64,000 nt of DNA from Syntrophales bacterium (GTDB lineage: Bacteria > Desulfobacterota > Syntrophia > Syntrophales > UBA2210). The stretch lies in NCBI GenBank assembly GCA_963666365.2, contig CAXXNF010000001.1:1-64000 (forward strand), read 5' to 3'. The translations under genes were made by a program, and so were the position numbers. The notes under the pieces are model-generated. The model was not told the DNA's origin, made no database searches, and worked only from the letters and a program-made list of their open reading frames with translations. Shown here one piece after another: positions 11,254 to 20,929 of this stretch (position 1 is the stretch's first letter; each line of letters starts with the position of its first letter).

Positions 11254-13245
11254 TCAGAATTGTGCCGACGTTCCTGTAAAAGACAGCGCCTCTTCAAGCC
11301 ACGTATCCATCTTGAGCACATTCCGTCTCTGGCGGAACGCCATACGCTGGGCCGCTCTCTGGGCCTGCAGCACAGCCTGATGGGCCAGGAGCGCTCCACC
11401 GGGAATTCCTGATTTCACGGCGACCGCCAGTTGCCGTCTCAGTACGGCAGGAACAAAACGCCGGATAAGCTCGTCATCGGCGCTCATATAGGCCTGCGCG
11501 CTTCCCTTGTCTCCCTGGCGGGAACAGCGGCCGAAGAGCTGCCGATCTATTCTTCCCGACTCATGTCGTTCCGTGGCGATTACGTGCAATCCTCCGAGTT
11601 CAGCGATTCCCCGTCCCAGTTTTATATCGGTCCCTCTGCCCGCCATGTTCGTCGCGATGGTAATGCGCCCATACTCCCCCGCAGCCGCCACGATGCGGGC
11701 CTCTTCCTTGTGTCTGACTGCATTGAGAAGATTGAATTCCAGACCTTTGGCCGTGAGCATGTCCGCAAGCCGTTCACTGGCCTTCACGCTGCGCGTTCCC
11801 ACCAGAATCGGTCGTCCGCGGGCGTGCATATCACTGATGTCATCGACAATAGCCCGCCACTTTTCCTCCTCGCCGGCATAGGTCCTGTCGGGGAATACTT
11901 CTCGTATACAGGGCCGGTTTGTGGGTATCGCCATCACCGGCAGGCCGTAAATATGCCAGAACTCGCCGGCGGCCTCCTTTGCGGTACCGGTCATACCGGA
12001 GAGCTTCCTGAAAAACCGGAAGAATCTCTGAAAACTGAGCCGTGCAAGGGTTTCGCTGGGATTGCTGACTTCAAGGCCCTCCTTGGCCTCCACCGACTGG
12101 TGCAGTCCATGCCTCCAGGTCCTGTTGGCCATCAATCTGCCGGTAAACTCGTCAACGATGGCCACCTTGCCCTCCTGGACTACATACTGCTTGTCGCGAT
12201 CGTAAAATTCTCTGGCCGTCAGCGCCTGGGTCACCAATTCCTCGCGCCGGGACGCTCCCTGCCATATGGCCGGCATCAGAGCGGCCATATCCTCGATTTT
12301 CCTTTCCCCCTCCTTGGTAAGCCGTATTTCACGGTACTTCATGTCCACCTTGTAATCAGCGTCACGCACCAGACGGGAACAGACCTGATAGGAGGAGGCA
12401 CAGGCATCCACAAGAGGCTGATTTTCCTGCGCTCTTGAAATGATAAGGGGCGTTACCGCCTCGTCTATCAGCAGACTGTCCGCTTCGTCCACGATCACCG
12501 TATCTATTCCCCGCTGGACAAGCCCCTGAAACGCCCGAATCCGCGGCTGCAGTGCATAGCGAAGCGCCCTTCGTTCAGCATTCTGGTACCGTCCCAGTAT
12601 GATGCGGTCTCTCAGAAAATCAGCCACCAATTCTTTGCTGGTAGTGTAGACGATCCCCCTGCCGTAGTTCTCCTGCCGTTCATGCGGGTCCATCGTTCCG
12701 GTCACACTGCCGACGGTGACGCCGCAATAGGAATAAAACGGCCGCATCTCTACTGCATCGCGGTCTGCCAGATAATCGTTTATCGTCACGATATGACAGG
12801 GTCTTCCGCTCCATCCGGCAAGCGCGGCGGCAAGTGAGGCGGTCAGGCTCTTTCCTTCACCGGTCGCCATTTCGATAAGATAGTCGTCATGGAGTGCCAT
12901 GGCCCCCCAGACCTGCACCATGAAGGGCCTGAGTCCCAGCGTGCGCTCCGCCGCCTCCACCAACAGCGCAAGGGATTCATCCACTATATCATCGGAAGTC
13001 TTTTCAATGCGTCTGAATTTTTCTGCAAGTTCCGCCAGACGGGAGGAAATTCTGCGGTCCGCTACATTGCGCATCACCTTCGACTTCTCCAGTATCGCCT
13101 CGGCCCTCATGCGGTATTTTCGAAAACGGTCGGGCAATACCCTGTACTTTCCCACAAGCCCGTAGACTACGTTGTCCAGCCCCTGGTGAAGTTTTGCGGG
13201 GGTGACAATTTTGGTTCGACGGTAATCCTGAGCCGGGATCATCAT
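11254..13245 (-). CDS. Accessory SecA-like DEAD ATPase, C-terminally truncated (663 aa)
   Basis: Motifs MATGEGKS, VTINDYLADRD, IVDEADSLLIDEA.TPLIIS, TNMAGRGTDI and RHESGRIDRQL.GR..RQGD.GS. ATG at 13245 overlaps the upstream stop codon (ATGA). Confidence 0.93.
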   Translation of the reverse strand: MMIPAQDYRRTKIVTPAKLHQGLDNVVYGLVGKYRVLPDRFRKYRMRAEAILEKSKVMRNVADRRISSRLAELAEKFRRIEKTSDDIVDESLALLVEAAERTLGLRPFMVQVWGAMALHDDYLIEMATGEGKSLTASLAAALAGWSGRPCHIVTINDYLADRDAVEMRPFYSYCGVTVGSVTGTMDPHERQENYGRGIVYTTSKELVADFLRDRIILGRYQNAERRALRYALQPRIRAFQGLVQRGIDTVIVDEADSLLIDEAVTPLIISRAQENQPLVDACASSYQVCSRLVRDADYKVDMKYREIRLTKEGERKIEDMAALMPAIWQGASRREELVTQALTAREFYDRDKQYVVQEGKVAIVDEFTGRLMANRTWRHGLHQSVEAKEGLEVSNPSETLARLSFQRFFRFFRKLSGMTGTAKEAAGEFWHIYGLPVMAIPTNRPCIREVFPDRTYAGEEEKWRAIVDDISDMHARGRPILVGTRSVKASERLADMLTAKGLEFNLLNAVRHKEEARIVAAAGEYGRITIATNMAGRGTDIKLGRGIAELGGLHVIATERHESGRIDRQLFGRCSRQGDKGSAQAYMSADDELIRRFVPAVLRRQLAVAVKSGIPGGALLAHQAVLQAQRAAQRMAFRQRRNVLKMDTWLEEALSFTGTSAQF

Positions 13246-15398
13246 ATCTGGTACCTCTTCTGAAGCAGCTGAAGCAGCTTTCTGCCCCACTGAACCAAAA
13301 GGGCCTCGGAATCAAGGGTGAATCGCAACTTGCCCGATCTCCCGTGCACAAACATGACCTTATTCTGCGGCGCCACTGAGGCATATATCTGAAAAAAGGG
13401 TTCCGCAGCCTGAATGCCCTTTTCGTCGGAGGGGGACACCGCCACCTGCCCTCCCCCGCGCCAGCCCAGCGCTGCCGAGGGAAGTTTCTCGAACTGAAAG
13501 GGTATTATCTGAATGTCGGTGACTTCCAGATTTTCACCCACCTGCCCATAGAGGCGCACTTCCGCCTTTCGTATCTGATCGACGAACAGGTTGGACGCCT
13601 CTTCCTGGGACACTACCGCCGAGAAACGAAAGACCTCCGGGTCGACGATTTCACCGAGCATTGTGCCCCTCGGCAGCCACGACCCCACCATCTCGGTACT
13701 TCGCGGAGATACCCATATGCCGCGCTGTCTGGCACGCACAGTAAGCTCTTCCACCTGCCGCTGAAGGTTCTGCAAATTCGCTTCGATTGTTTCCAATCGT
13801 TTATTGATGGGCTCTATATCGGCTGATCTTTCCGTACGCGCCCGCAACATCATCGCCAGCGTCTCCTCCCGCTGCGCCCGGACTTTTTGAATTTCCAGTT
13901 CCAGCTCCCTGTCTTTAAGCAGCATCAGCGGCATCCCCGGGGAAACCTCCGTTCCCGAAGGCGCCGACACTTCACGCACATAGCCCGGCGCATCGTTCAC
14001 CACCCGCATGTAATTGACCGATTCGAGCACCCCGGGGGCCCTGAAGCGATTCGGCGCCGGGAATATGAAAAGAAGACCGAAAATCAGGCAGAAAAGCAGC
14101 AGGCTCACCCCGACCGCCCGTATACGATTCCTGGCCAGTTTGGGACTGGAGGCAAGATAGACCACAAATTTGTAGAGCGGTACCACGCCCCAGGCAAATA
14201 CGCAGAAAAAGGCCATTATGAGACCGAGGATGAGAAATTTATCGGCCACAAAAAGGATAATGCCGGTAAAGACCACCACCTTGTAGATGCCGCTCAGGAT
14301 TCCGAAGACGGTCAGCCAGAAGGCCTCCTTCCCCGTTTCCGCCGGGCTCTGTGAATCGCGGCAGCCGAAGAGGTAATACTCGAAAAGATGCCGGAGATGA
14401 CGATTTGATCTGGTGCTTAGATTAGGGATATCCATAATATCCGACAGGATATAATAGCCGTCGAACCGAAGCAGCGGGTTCGCGTTAAACAGCACCGTTG
14501 AGACCGAAGCGACTACCATCATGTTATAGGCGATGCTGTGCAGGATGCCCGGTGCGGAATATGCCCAGTAAAAGGCGGCCAGCGCCGCAACGAATATCTC
14601 GGCAATCATCCCGGAGGCGCCTACAAGCGCCCGCTGCCACCGACTGCGAAAGGACCAGCTGGAAGTGGCGTCTATATAAGGCAGGGGGGTAAAGACCAGC
14701 AACATTACCCCCATGACATGCACCTCTCCCCCGAATCGTTTGCATACGAAGGCATGACCGAATTCATGAATCGTTTTTACGACAACCAGTCCGACATAGA
14801 GCAGGGGAAGATTGGCGGGCACCAGTATGCCTTGGAATTGTGAAGTGGCGGCATCAAAATTGTCGAAGACCACCTTCAGCGCGGCAGCGACGACCGCAAG
14901 CCAGACAATCGCGCCTGCGGGACCCACAAGAAGCTTCAGCAGCAGCGTGATGCGACGGAGCATGAACTCCGGATCGAGCAGGGGAAGCCGGAAAAACATA
15001 ATGCTCAGGAACTTGGAACGGACCTCCCGGCTGCGGCGCTTTTTGTAGCGCTCGAAGAGTTTGGCACTGTCCGCGGGCACATCAAAATAGAGAAGGTTTG
15101 CGAAATAGAGCTGCGTCAGCAGCTGGAGCACGTCTTCCTGACCGGGCGCCTTGTCCGGGCTCCGACTGAGGCATTCCTCCCACACTTCCTCCACCGTGCG
15201 GGTTCGGCGCAGCCTTATCACAAATTCATAGGCTTCCGGGCGAAGGCGGAAATACTGGTTGTTAAAGGGATCGTACAGCACATACCAGATTTCCCCCCTG
15301 AAGAGCTGCTTTCTCGCCTTGACCGTCGGACCGAGACTGATCCTGAGTTTGGCGATGCGATGCCAGGACTCGCTGAATGTTCTCCCGGACTTTGCCAT
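13242..15398 (-). CDS. PqqD-like N-domain + M50 (site-2) metalloprotease membrane domain + HlyD/MFP domain fusion
   Basis: HEFGH and NANPLLRFDGYYILSD M50 motifs with several TM helices. The C-terminal part has a lipoyl/coiled-coil MFP pattern. The N-terminal YVLYDP...YFRL...TVEEVWE...LLTQLYFANLL resembles a winged-helix RRE. Confidence 0.85.
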   Translation of the reverse strand: MAKSGRTFSESWHRIAKLRISLGPTVKARKQLFRGEIWYVLYDPFNNQYFRLRPEAYEFVIRLRRTRTVEEVWEECLSRSPDKAPGQEDVLQLLTQLYFANLLYFDVPADSAKLFERYKKRRSREVRSKFLSIMFFRLPLLDPEFMLRRITLLLKLLVGPAGAIVWLAVVAAALKVVFDNFDAATSQFQGILVPANLPLLYVGLVVVKTIHEFGHAFVCKRFGGEVHVMGVMLLVFTPLPYIDATSSWSFRSRWQRALVGASGMIAEIFVAALAAFYWAYSAPGILHSIAYNMMVVASVSTVLFNANPLLRFDGYYILSDIMDIPNLSTRSNRHLRHLFEYYLFGCRDSQSPAETGKEAFWLTVFGILSGIYKVVVFTGIILFVADKFLILGLIMAFFCVFAWGVVPLYKFVVYLASSPKLARNRIRAVGVSLLLFCLIFGLLFIFPAPNRFRAPGVLESVNYMRVVNDAPGYVREVSAPSGTEVSPGMPLMLLKDRELELEIQKVRAQREETLAMMLRARTERSADIEPINKRLETIEANLQNLQRQVEELTVRARQRGIWVSPRSTEMVGSWLPRGTMLGEIVDPEVFRFSAVVSQEEASNLFVDQIRKAEVRLYGQVGENLEVTDIQIIPFQFEKLPSAALGWRGGGQVAVSPSDEKGIQAAEPFFQIYASVAPQNKVMFVHGRSGKLRFTLDSEALLVQWGRKLLQLLQKRYQI

Positions 15399-15399
15399 A

Positions 15400-17274
15400 T
15401 CACCACCACAGAAGCATTCGGAAAAAGTCTACCGTGCGGTGCGTCACAATCCACAGCACATTTCTCTTTCCCACGTTAATCTTTGTGATGCCGGTCATAC
15501 CGGGACGCCACCAGGAAGGAATGTCCTGCTGGACCTGTGCCCTCACAAGAAATACACTCCCCTCTTCCTTGGCCAGCGCCACCGGGTCGATACGTTCCAC
15601 CACAATGGGAAACTTCAGTTCCGGCCGGCTGACAAAGGCGATCTCTCCATCGGAACCGACGGAGATTTCATGTATATCGCGTTCCTTGACTTCAATTTCA
15701 GTATAGAGCATCGCCAGGCGGGCCACCTTGAACAGCACATCCCCTTTTCTTACCGGGGCACCGAGCAGCTCTTTGAGATCCCCTTCCACAATGATCCCAT
15801 CGAAGGGCGTTTTGATCTGCGCATTGGCAAGATGATACCGTACGAGGGCCAGCTGGGCTTCCGCCTGATCCGCCAGGGCCCGGGCGATTTTCATATCGGC
15901 AAGGGCGTTTTGGGCCCGGGCCTTTTCGGCTTCACGGATGTATCGATGCTGATTGGCCAGGGCGTTGGACTCCTCCAGAAGCAACTCGCGGGTATCAAGA
16001 GACAGCAAGGGGTCGCCCTTTGCAACCACATCGCCGACCCTCACATGGACATCACTGATATAGCCTTCGAATGGCGCCGGCAGATAGGCAAGATCATCGG
16101 TCTTGACGATGAAATTCCCTTCCACCCGATAATTCAAATGTCCGAAAAGCATGAAGGCGAGCGCAACCGCCAGGATCAGTCCCAGCAGTTTCGGAAATGT
16201 ATGCTCCACTCCCAGGAACCATGCACACCCTTCCCGGACCGAGGATACCGCTCGCGCGCCGAACCATCGATCGTGTTTCTTGAGATCGGACATCAGTCGC
16301 GCCGTCTGATCGCACATAACCCGCAGCCCCCGCACATCCCATTCGGTAAAGGGCTCGGTGCGTTCGCAACTGAGTACCGCCACAGGTTCCTCATCTGCTC
16401 GTATCGGCAGGGACACCATATGTTCAGTGCCTTGGGTCCGGCAGTAGGACTCGTGATCCCTAACGACCGTAAAGGCGCCTTCGGGTCGGGGATAGAGGAC
16501 CTCCTCGTCCTGGTCGAAGGCCTCTTCCATGGCCGCTTCCAGCCCCTGCACGGAATCCATCTTCTTTTCGAACTGCTCCATGTGGCTGATGGCCTGTACC
16601 CTGATATAGGCATCCTTAACCCATCCCAGAGCCACTCTCTGGCAACGGTACCGGGCGGCCACCTCGTTGCACAACGCCATCGCAGCCCCCATGAACTTCT
16701 TTTCCCTGTTGAGCACCGCCATGAGATCGAGGGCTTCCGAGAACAGCACCACGTCATTTCGGGCCTGCTGCGCCATGCGGTTCATCTGATAGGTGGTAGG
16801 AATGCCGGCCACCAGTTGGAGCCGCAGGAAGAGTTCTTCCAGAATATCCTCTCCTGCCCCTTCAACAAAAAACACAACCACGCTTCGCCGTCCCTCGTCC
16901 TGAATTTCAAGCCGAAGGCCCAGGGTGACGCCGGAAGGACTGCCTGCGCCGGGCACACCCGACGTTGTCCAGGCCCTGCCGTCGGCGCCGGATTCATCGG
17001 CGATCTGCTCTACCACAGGCCCCAAACCCAATTTGCGCACTTCACCAACGCCGCCTCTGGGCCAGAGAGAGACCGTTTTCCAGGCGTCTTCTTCATCCCC
17101 CCGGATCAGGAGAAATCCAAAACGGGCCCCTGCCAGCATGGATGCCCCTTCCAGAAAGGCGGGCCAGAAATCCTGCGGCTGACCCTCGAAATGCCGTAAC
17201 TGCTCCAGCGTCTGGAGCAACTGATCCATTCTTTCTTGAGGGTTTTCATATTCTCGTTGGCTGTGCAACATCAC
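15400..17274 (-). CDS. GAF domain + HlyD-family membrane fusion protein
   Basis: GAF-like RVALGW...AAMEEAFDQ...VSLPI...VAVLSCER, one TM helix, then APFEGYISDVHVRVGDVVAKGDPL and WWRPGMTG. Confidence 0.85.
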   Translation of the reverse strand: MMLHSQREYENPQERMDQLLQTLEQLRHFEGQPQDFWPAFLEGASMLAGARFGFLLIRGDEEDAWKTVSLWPRGGVGEVRKLGLGPVVEQIADESGADGRAWTTSGVPGAGSPSGVTLGLRLEIQDEGRRSVVVFFVEGAGEDILEELFLRLQLVAGIPTTYQMNRMAQQARNDVVLFSEALDLMAVLNREKKFMGAAMALCNEVAARYRCQRVALGWVKDAYIRVQAISHMEQFEKKMDSVQGLEAAMEEAFDQDEEVLYPRPEGAFTVVRDHESYCRTQGTEHMVSLPIRADEEPVAVLSCERTEPFTEWDVRGLRVMCDQTARLMSDLKKHDRWFGARAVSSVREGCAWFLGVEHTFPKLLGLILAVALAFMLFGHLNYRVEGNFIVKTDDLAYLPAPFEGYISDVHVRVGDVVAKGDPLLSLDTRELLLEESNALANQHRYIREAEKARAQNALADMKIARALADQAEAQLALVRYHLANAQIKTPFDGIIVEGDLKELLGAPVRKGDVLFKVARLAMLYTEIEVKERDIHEISVGSDGEIAFVSRPELKFPIVVERIDPVALAKEEGSVFLVRAQVQQDIPSWWRPGMTGITKINVGKRNVLWIVTHRTVDFFRMLLWW

Positions 17275-17365
17275 TCACGACCCCGTACCAATCATGATCG
17301 GAACAAAATCAATATCATATAAAAGCAAATTTACAGCGACTGGCAACGATTCACCACCAATCAGA

Positions 17366-18241
17366 TTACTCACTCTTTAGATCGACTTCCATAGTCGCCG
17401 CAGTGCCCGGTCGGACCGCATTGTCCATGTTTTCAAACTCCACTTTCACTTCCATCAGACCGCTCGCCGAGTCAACCAGCGGGGACACGAATGAAATCGT
17501 ACCCTTTTTCCGGACGGACGTGCCACCGGTTCCGATCACAAGATCGACCTGCTGCCCGACTTTGAGAAATCTTCCGATATTTTCCTCCAGGTTGCTGACA
17601 AAGCGTCCGCGGCCGGTATCCACCACACGGACAAGCGGCTGGTGCTCTTCGAAACTCTCCCCCTCATCATAAAACAGTGTGATCACCGTTCCATCTATGG
17701 GGGACCGAAGATTTCGCTTTTCCAGCGTCTCCACTGCTATTTCGTATTCAATTTTCTCGCGTTTTTCCGCGGCGGCAAGCCGATCTCGTTCCGCGACGGC
17801 CAATCGCAGTTCCAATTCCTGTTTTTTCAGTTCTTCTTCACTGACGGATTTCGTCGATTTAAAGAGCATGAGCGTCGCATCATATATTTCCTTCAATGTC
17901 CGCGCGCGGGCCTGGGCACCTTCATATTCCGACTTGCTCTCCCAGACAAGCTTGCGCCGCGCGACTTCCAGTTCCTCTGTGCGCTTGTCAAGATGGAGAA
18001 TCCGCTGACCCTTGCGCAGGCGATCCCCCTCTTTGACGGATATGGTGGACACTATGCCGGGAACGGACAGACTCAATGTCACATCGCTGATCGGCTCGGT
18101 AATCCCTGATATCCCGATCGGCTCCCGGGCAATGCATTCCCCGCCACAAGAAATTGCGATACTGCAGGCGAGGACACACAGCAACACAGCACGCACAGAA
18201 AAGCGCCTTCCTGAAATTCCACCTTCTTTGCTCATTATCAC
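17366..18241 (-). CDS. RND/HlyD-type periplasmic adaptor (MFP)
   Basis: N-terminal hydrophobic segment, VPGIVSTISVKEGDRLRKGQ, coiled coil, LRSPIDG and VRPG motifs. Confidence 0.88.
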   Translation of the reverse strand: MIMSKEGGISGRRFSVRAVLLCVLACSIAISCGGECIAREPIGISGITEPISDVTLSLSVPGIVSTISVKEGDRLRKGQRILHLDKRTEELEVARRKLVWESKSEYEGAQARARTLKEIYDATLMLFKSTKSVSEEELKKQELELRLAVAERDRLAAAEKREKIEYEIAVETLEKRNLRSPIDGTVITLFYDEGESFEEHQPLVRVVDTGRGRFVSNLEENIGRFLKVGQQVDLVIGTGGTSVRKKGTISFVSPLVDSASGLMEVKVEFENMDNAVRPGTAATMEVDLKSE

Positions 18242-19806
18242 GACTCCTTGCTGAGATCTATTCCATGCATCTGGAGCAGCGTGCCTTTGACTGCCTCGAG
18301 CGCCACCAGCGCCTTTTCGACATTGACAAGACTTTCCAGATAATATTCCTTCGCCCTGTTCAGCTCTTCGTCCCGCTCCAGAACCAGCCTGCTGTTACTT
18401 TTTCCTGCACTGAGACGGGCCAGTTCGACTTCAAGCAGCCGTTTGTTGATCTGTACCGCCGACGCATAATTTTTCCCCTGCGCCACGGCATTCATTACAT
18501 TTTTAATCGACGTGTCAACGGCATTGGCAAGAGCCACTTCCGTTGCCTTCAATTCCAGCAGTATCTGCGCCTTTCTTTTTTTCGCCGCCGCCAGTTCGCT
18601 TTTTGTCTTCTTGCCCCCCATGAGAGGGATGCTGAGTTCAAGACCGACAGACCAGCTTTCATAGTCCATGCCCTTGGCCACATCCAAAGAGTCAATGGGC
18701 CCGTCGTTGTCGCGATCGAGCCCGTTGACGCCATAGCTGGCCTTGAGATCCAGCTGAGGCCATCGCTGATTTTCCGCGTAGGCGATACGTATGCCTTCCC
18801 TTTCCACCTTCATGAGTGCGGAAAGATATTCGGGGCGATTTTTTATGGACTTCAGATAACTGCTTTCGTACTCGACTGCCACCTCCCTGGCGGCGAGATT
18901 GTCCATGGCGATCACCATGCCGTCCATATCTCCCATGGGAAGAGACAACAATGTCTTTATATTGTTCACCGCCGCCGTCAGCTCCTGGCTCGCGGCAATT
19001 TCCAGTGATTTTCTTAGGGCCAGGCCGGCCTCCGCTTCGAGCACCTCGGTCTCGGCCATTTTCCCGGTCCGAAATCGCTCTTTGTTGTCTCGCAGGATAT
19101 CTTCGGCAATTCTGAGCGATTCGCGCCTCACCTTGAGCTTTTCCTGGGCCAGACACAGATTCCAGTATGACGAGGCGGCTTCGGCCACCACCTGAAGCAG
19201 CTCCCTTCGGTACCCCTGAAGGGAGATTGCGGATTCCTTTTCGGCCACACGGATATTGGCCATGGTCGTATCGACGCCGGCGTTTTTCAGGAGCGGCTGC
19301 ACGACGGTGGTTCCTACAAAGGTCTGGTACTGAGAATCGTAGGCATAATTATCCATCAGACTGTTTTGCAGCCGTTTCAAAGAATAGCCAAACCGCACCT
19401 GGGCGCCGGTGGGAAGCACCCCTTCGACGGCGGCGTTATATTCGTTATTCCGCTTCCAGTAATTATCGTTGCCGGAATCCATGAAACCGATGCTTGAATA
19501 ATCTTCCACTGTTTTGGGAATGTGGCTTTTATCATGAAGGTAGGATGCCACGAAGCGAGGCTCGAAAATGGACCCGGCGCTTTTCACGGCATCCCGGCTG
19601 ATGTCCCATTCAAGTTTCTGGTAGCGAATCCTCTCGTTCCTCTCGCAGACTCGTGCAATCAGCTCGTCGAGACTGAGATGCCAGTCCGCGGCGCCGATCC
19701 TCCCGTGCGTCGCAGGATCCTCCCCCCAGACAAGGCTGAAGGGAGATAGGAGGGCGGCCACTACAAAGACAATCACTGCACAGGGCCAAAACATTCTGCC
19801 TTTCAA
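18238..19806 (-). CDS. TolC-family outer-membrane channel
   Basis: Signal peptide, QPLLKNAG, AYWNL-like helix, RPEY and WPQLDL motifs, with two OEP-like repeats. Confidence 0.88.
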   Translation of the reverse strand: MKGRMFWPCAVIVFVVAALLSPFSLVWGEDPATHGRIGAADWHLSLDELIARVCERNERIRYQKLEWDISRDAVKSAGSIFEPRFVASYLHDKSHIPKTVEDYSSIGFMDSGNDNYWKRNNEYNAAVEGVLPTGAQVRFGYSLKRLQNSLMDNYAYDSQYQTFVGTTVVQPLLKNAGVDTTMANIRVAEKESAISLQGYRRELLQVVAEAASSYWNLCLAQEKLKVRRESLRIAEDILRDNKERFRTGKMAETEVLEAEAGLALRKSLEIAASQELTAAVNNIKTLLSLPMGDMDGMVIAMDNLAAREVAVEYESSYLKSIKNRPEYLSALMKVEREGIRIAYAENQRWPQLDLKASYGVNGLDRDNDGPIDSLDVAKGMDYESWSVGLELSIPLMGGKKTKSELAAAKKRKAQILLELKATEVALANAVDTSIKNVMNAVAQGKNYASAVQINKRLLEVELARLSAGKSNSRLVLERDEELNRAKEYYLESLVNVEKALVALEAVKGTLLQMHGIDLSKES

Positions 19807-19919
19807 TTTAGTGCTCCTTTCTGACTGTTTATGCTTCGGCCTTCAACCGGTTCGCGCATAGGACCCCACGGAAAGGGAGGAGAATAACAGGAGTGTCATT
19901 CTCCTGTGGTGCGATGGTT

Positions 19920-20699
19920 CTATTTGAGTTTTGCAAGGTTTTCCTTTGCGATGTCAACAAGCTTTTTGCCTGTTGCCCCTGTCTGATTGCTTACAAAGGC
20001 AACATCCTCCGGATTCAGCGCAATCAGTATTTCGTAGGTGCTTCGTGCAAGATCGGCGCGCTCCGTGTTCTGATATACCACACCCAGGTTCAGAAGCGCA
20101 TAGGGGTTCTCCGGGTTTTTTGACAGTGCCCTCAGGAGATACTTCTCCGCTTCGGCATAGTCATTTTGCTGGAGGGCCTGGAACCCCAAGTTGGCCAGCG
20201 TGACGTCTTCCGGCGCCGGTACGGAATAGGGGGGGAACTGGGCAAGAATATCCTGTACCGCCTTCCTCAGTTCGCCGGAGGCCATATCGACATGAATGGA
20301 ACCCGATGCGGTGCCCCGCCAGAGCAACTCTTTACTCTCAGCCCGATATATATTAAGGGTCAGCATGCTGAGACGATAACTCAACGGGGTATAATCTTCA
20401 TACTCATACTTGAGCAGGATGTTAAAATCCGGTTTTTCCGACGACTCGCGAAACCCCTTCTGACTGAGTTGATGGTTGGCAAGAACCCTCACATTTTCAT
20501 CAACGAGCCTGTCCTGCCTGGAAAGCGCCACAATGGACGAAGGTGCATCCCACACATAGCACTTCAGTCCCGAAAAATCCTGGTTGAGGCCGTAAAAATG
20601 GTTAATGTCAGCCTTTTTCGCACAGCCTCCCGCCATCAGAAGGATAACCAGAACCATGATCGCCGGCACACACCGGGCGCCTATATTGAAACCTTTCAT
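19920..20699 (-). CDS. Lipoprotein, DUF4136-like domain + TPR
   Basis: Lipobox AGGC, LSQKGF...PDF...LLWRGTA, and a C-terminal TPR (ALSKNPENPYALLNLGVVYQ). Confidence 0.7.
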   Translation of the reverse strand: MKGFNIGARCVPAIMVLVILLMAGGCAKKADINHFYGLNQDFSGLKCYVWDAPSSIVALSRQDRLVDENVRVLANHQLSQKGFRESSEKPDFNILLKYEYEDYTPLSYRLSMLTLNIYRAESKELLWRGTASGSIHVDMASGELRKAVQDILAQFPPYSVPAPEDVTLANLGFQALQQNDYAEAEKYLLRALSKNPENPYALLNLGVVYQNTERADLARSTYEILIALNPEDVAFVSNQTGATGKKLVDIAKENLAKLK

Positions 20700-20929
20700 T
20701 ACTCCTCCTCCATATGAAAATGACCATTCCCGGACATCTATAAGCGTATGAAACTATCATTAATCATCGGACTCTGTCAACAATCTTTGACGCAATGCAG
20801 GTGATGGTCGTCACCTGCCAAAAACATCAAATAAAATGAAGGAGCGATTCAGATTAATGATTGTTTCCATCCCCAAAATGTTTTATGATTTTTACAATAT
20901 ATCCCTAATCAGAATGAAGGAGGATCTTC

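Noticed and set aside
15259..17199. 646-aa plus-strand ORF
   Set aside because: Fully antisense to the GAF-MFP gene, with no recognisable motifs.
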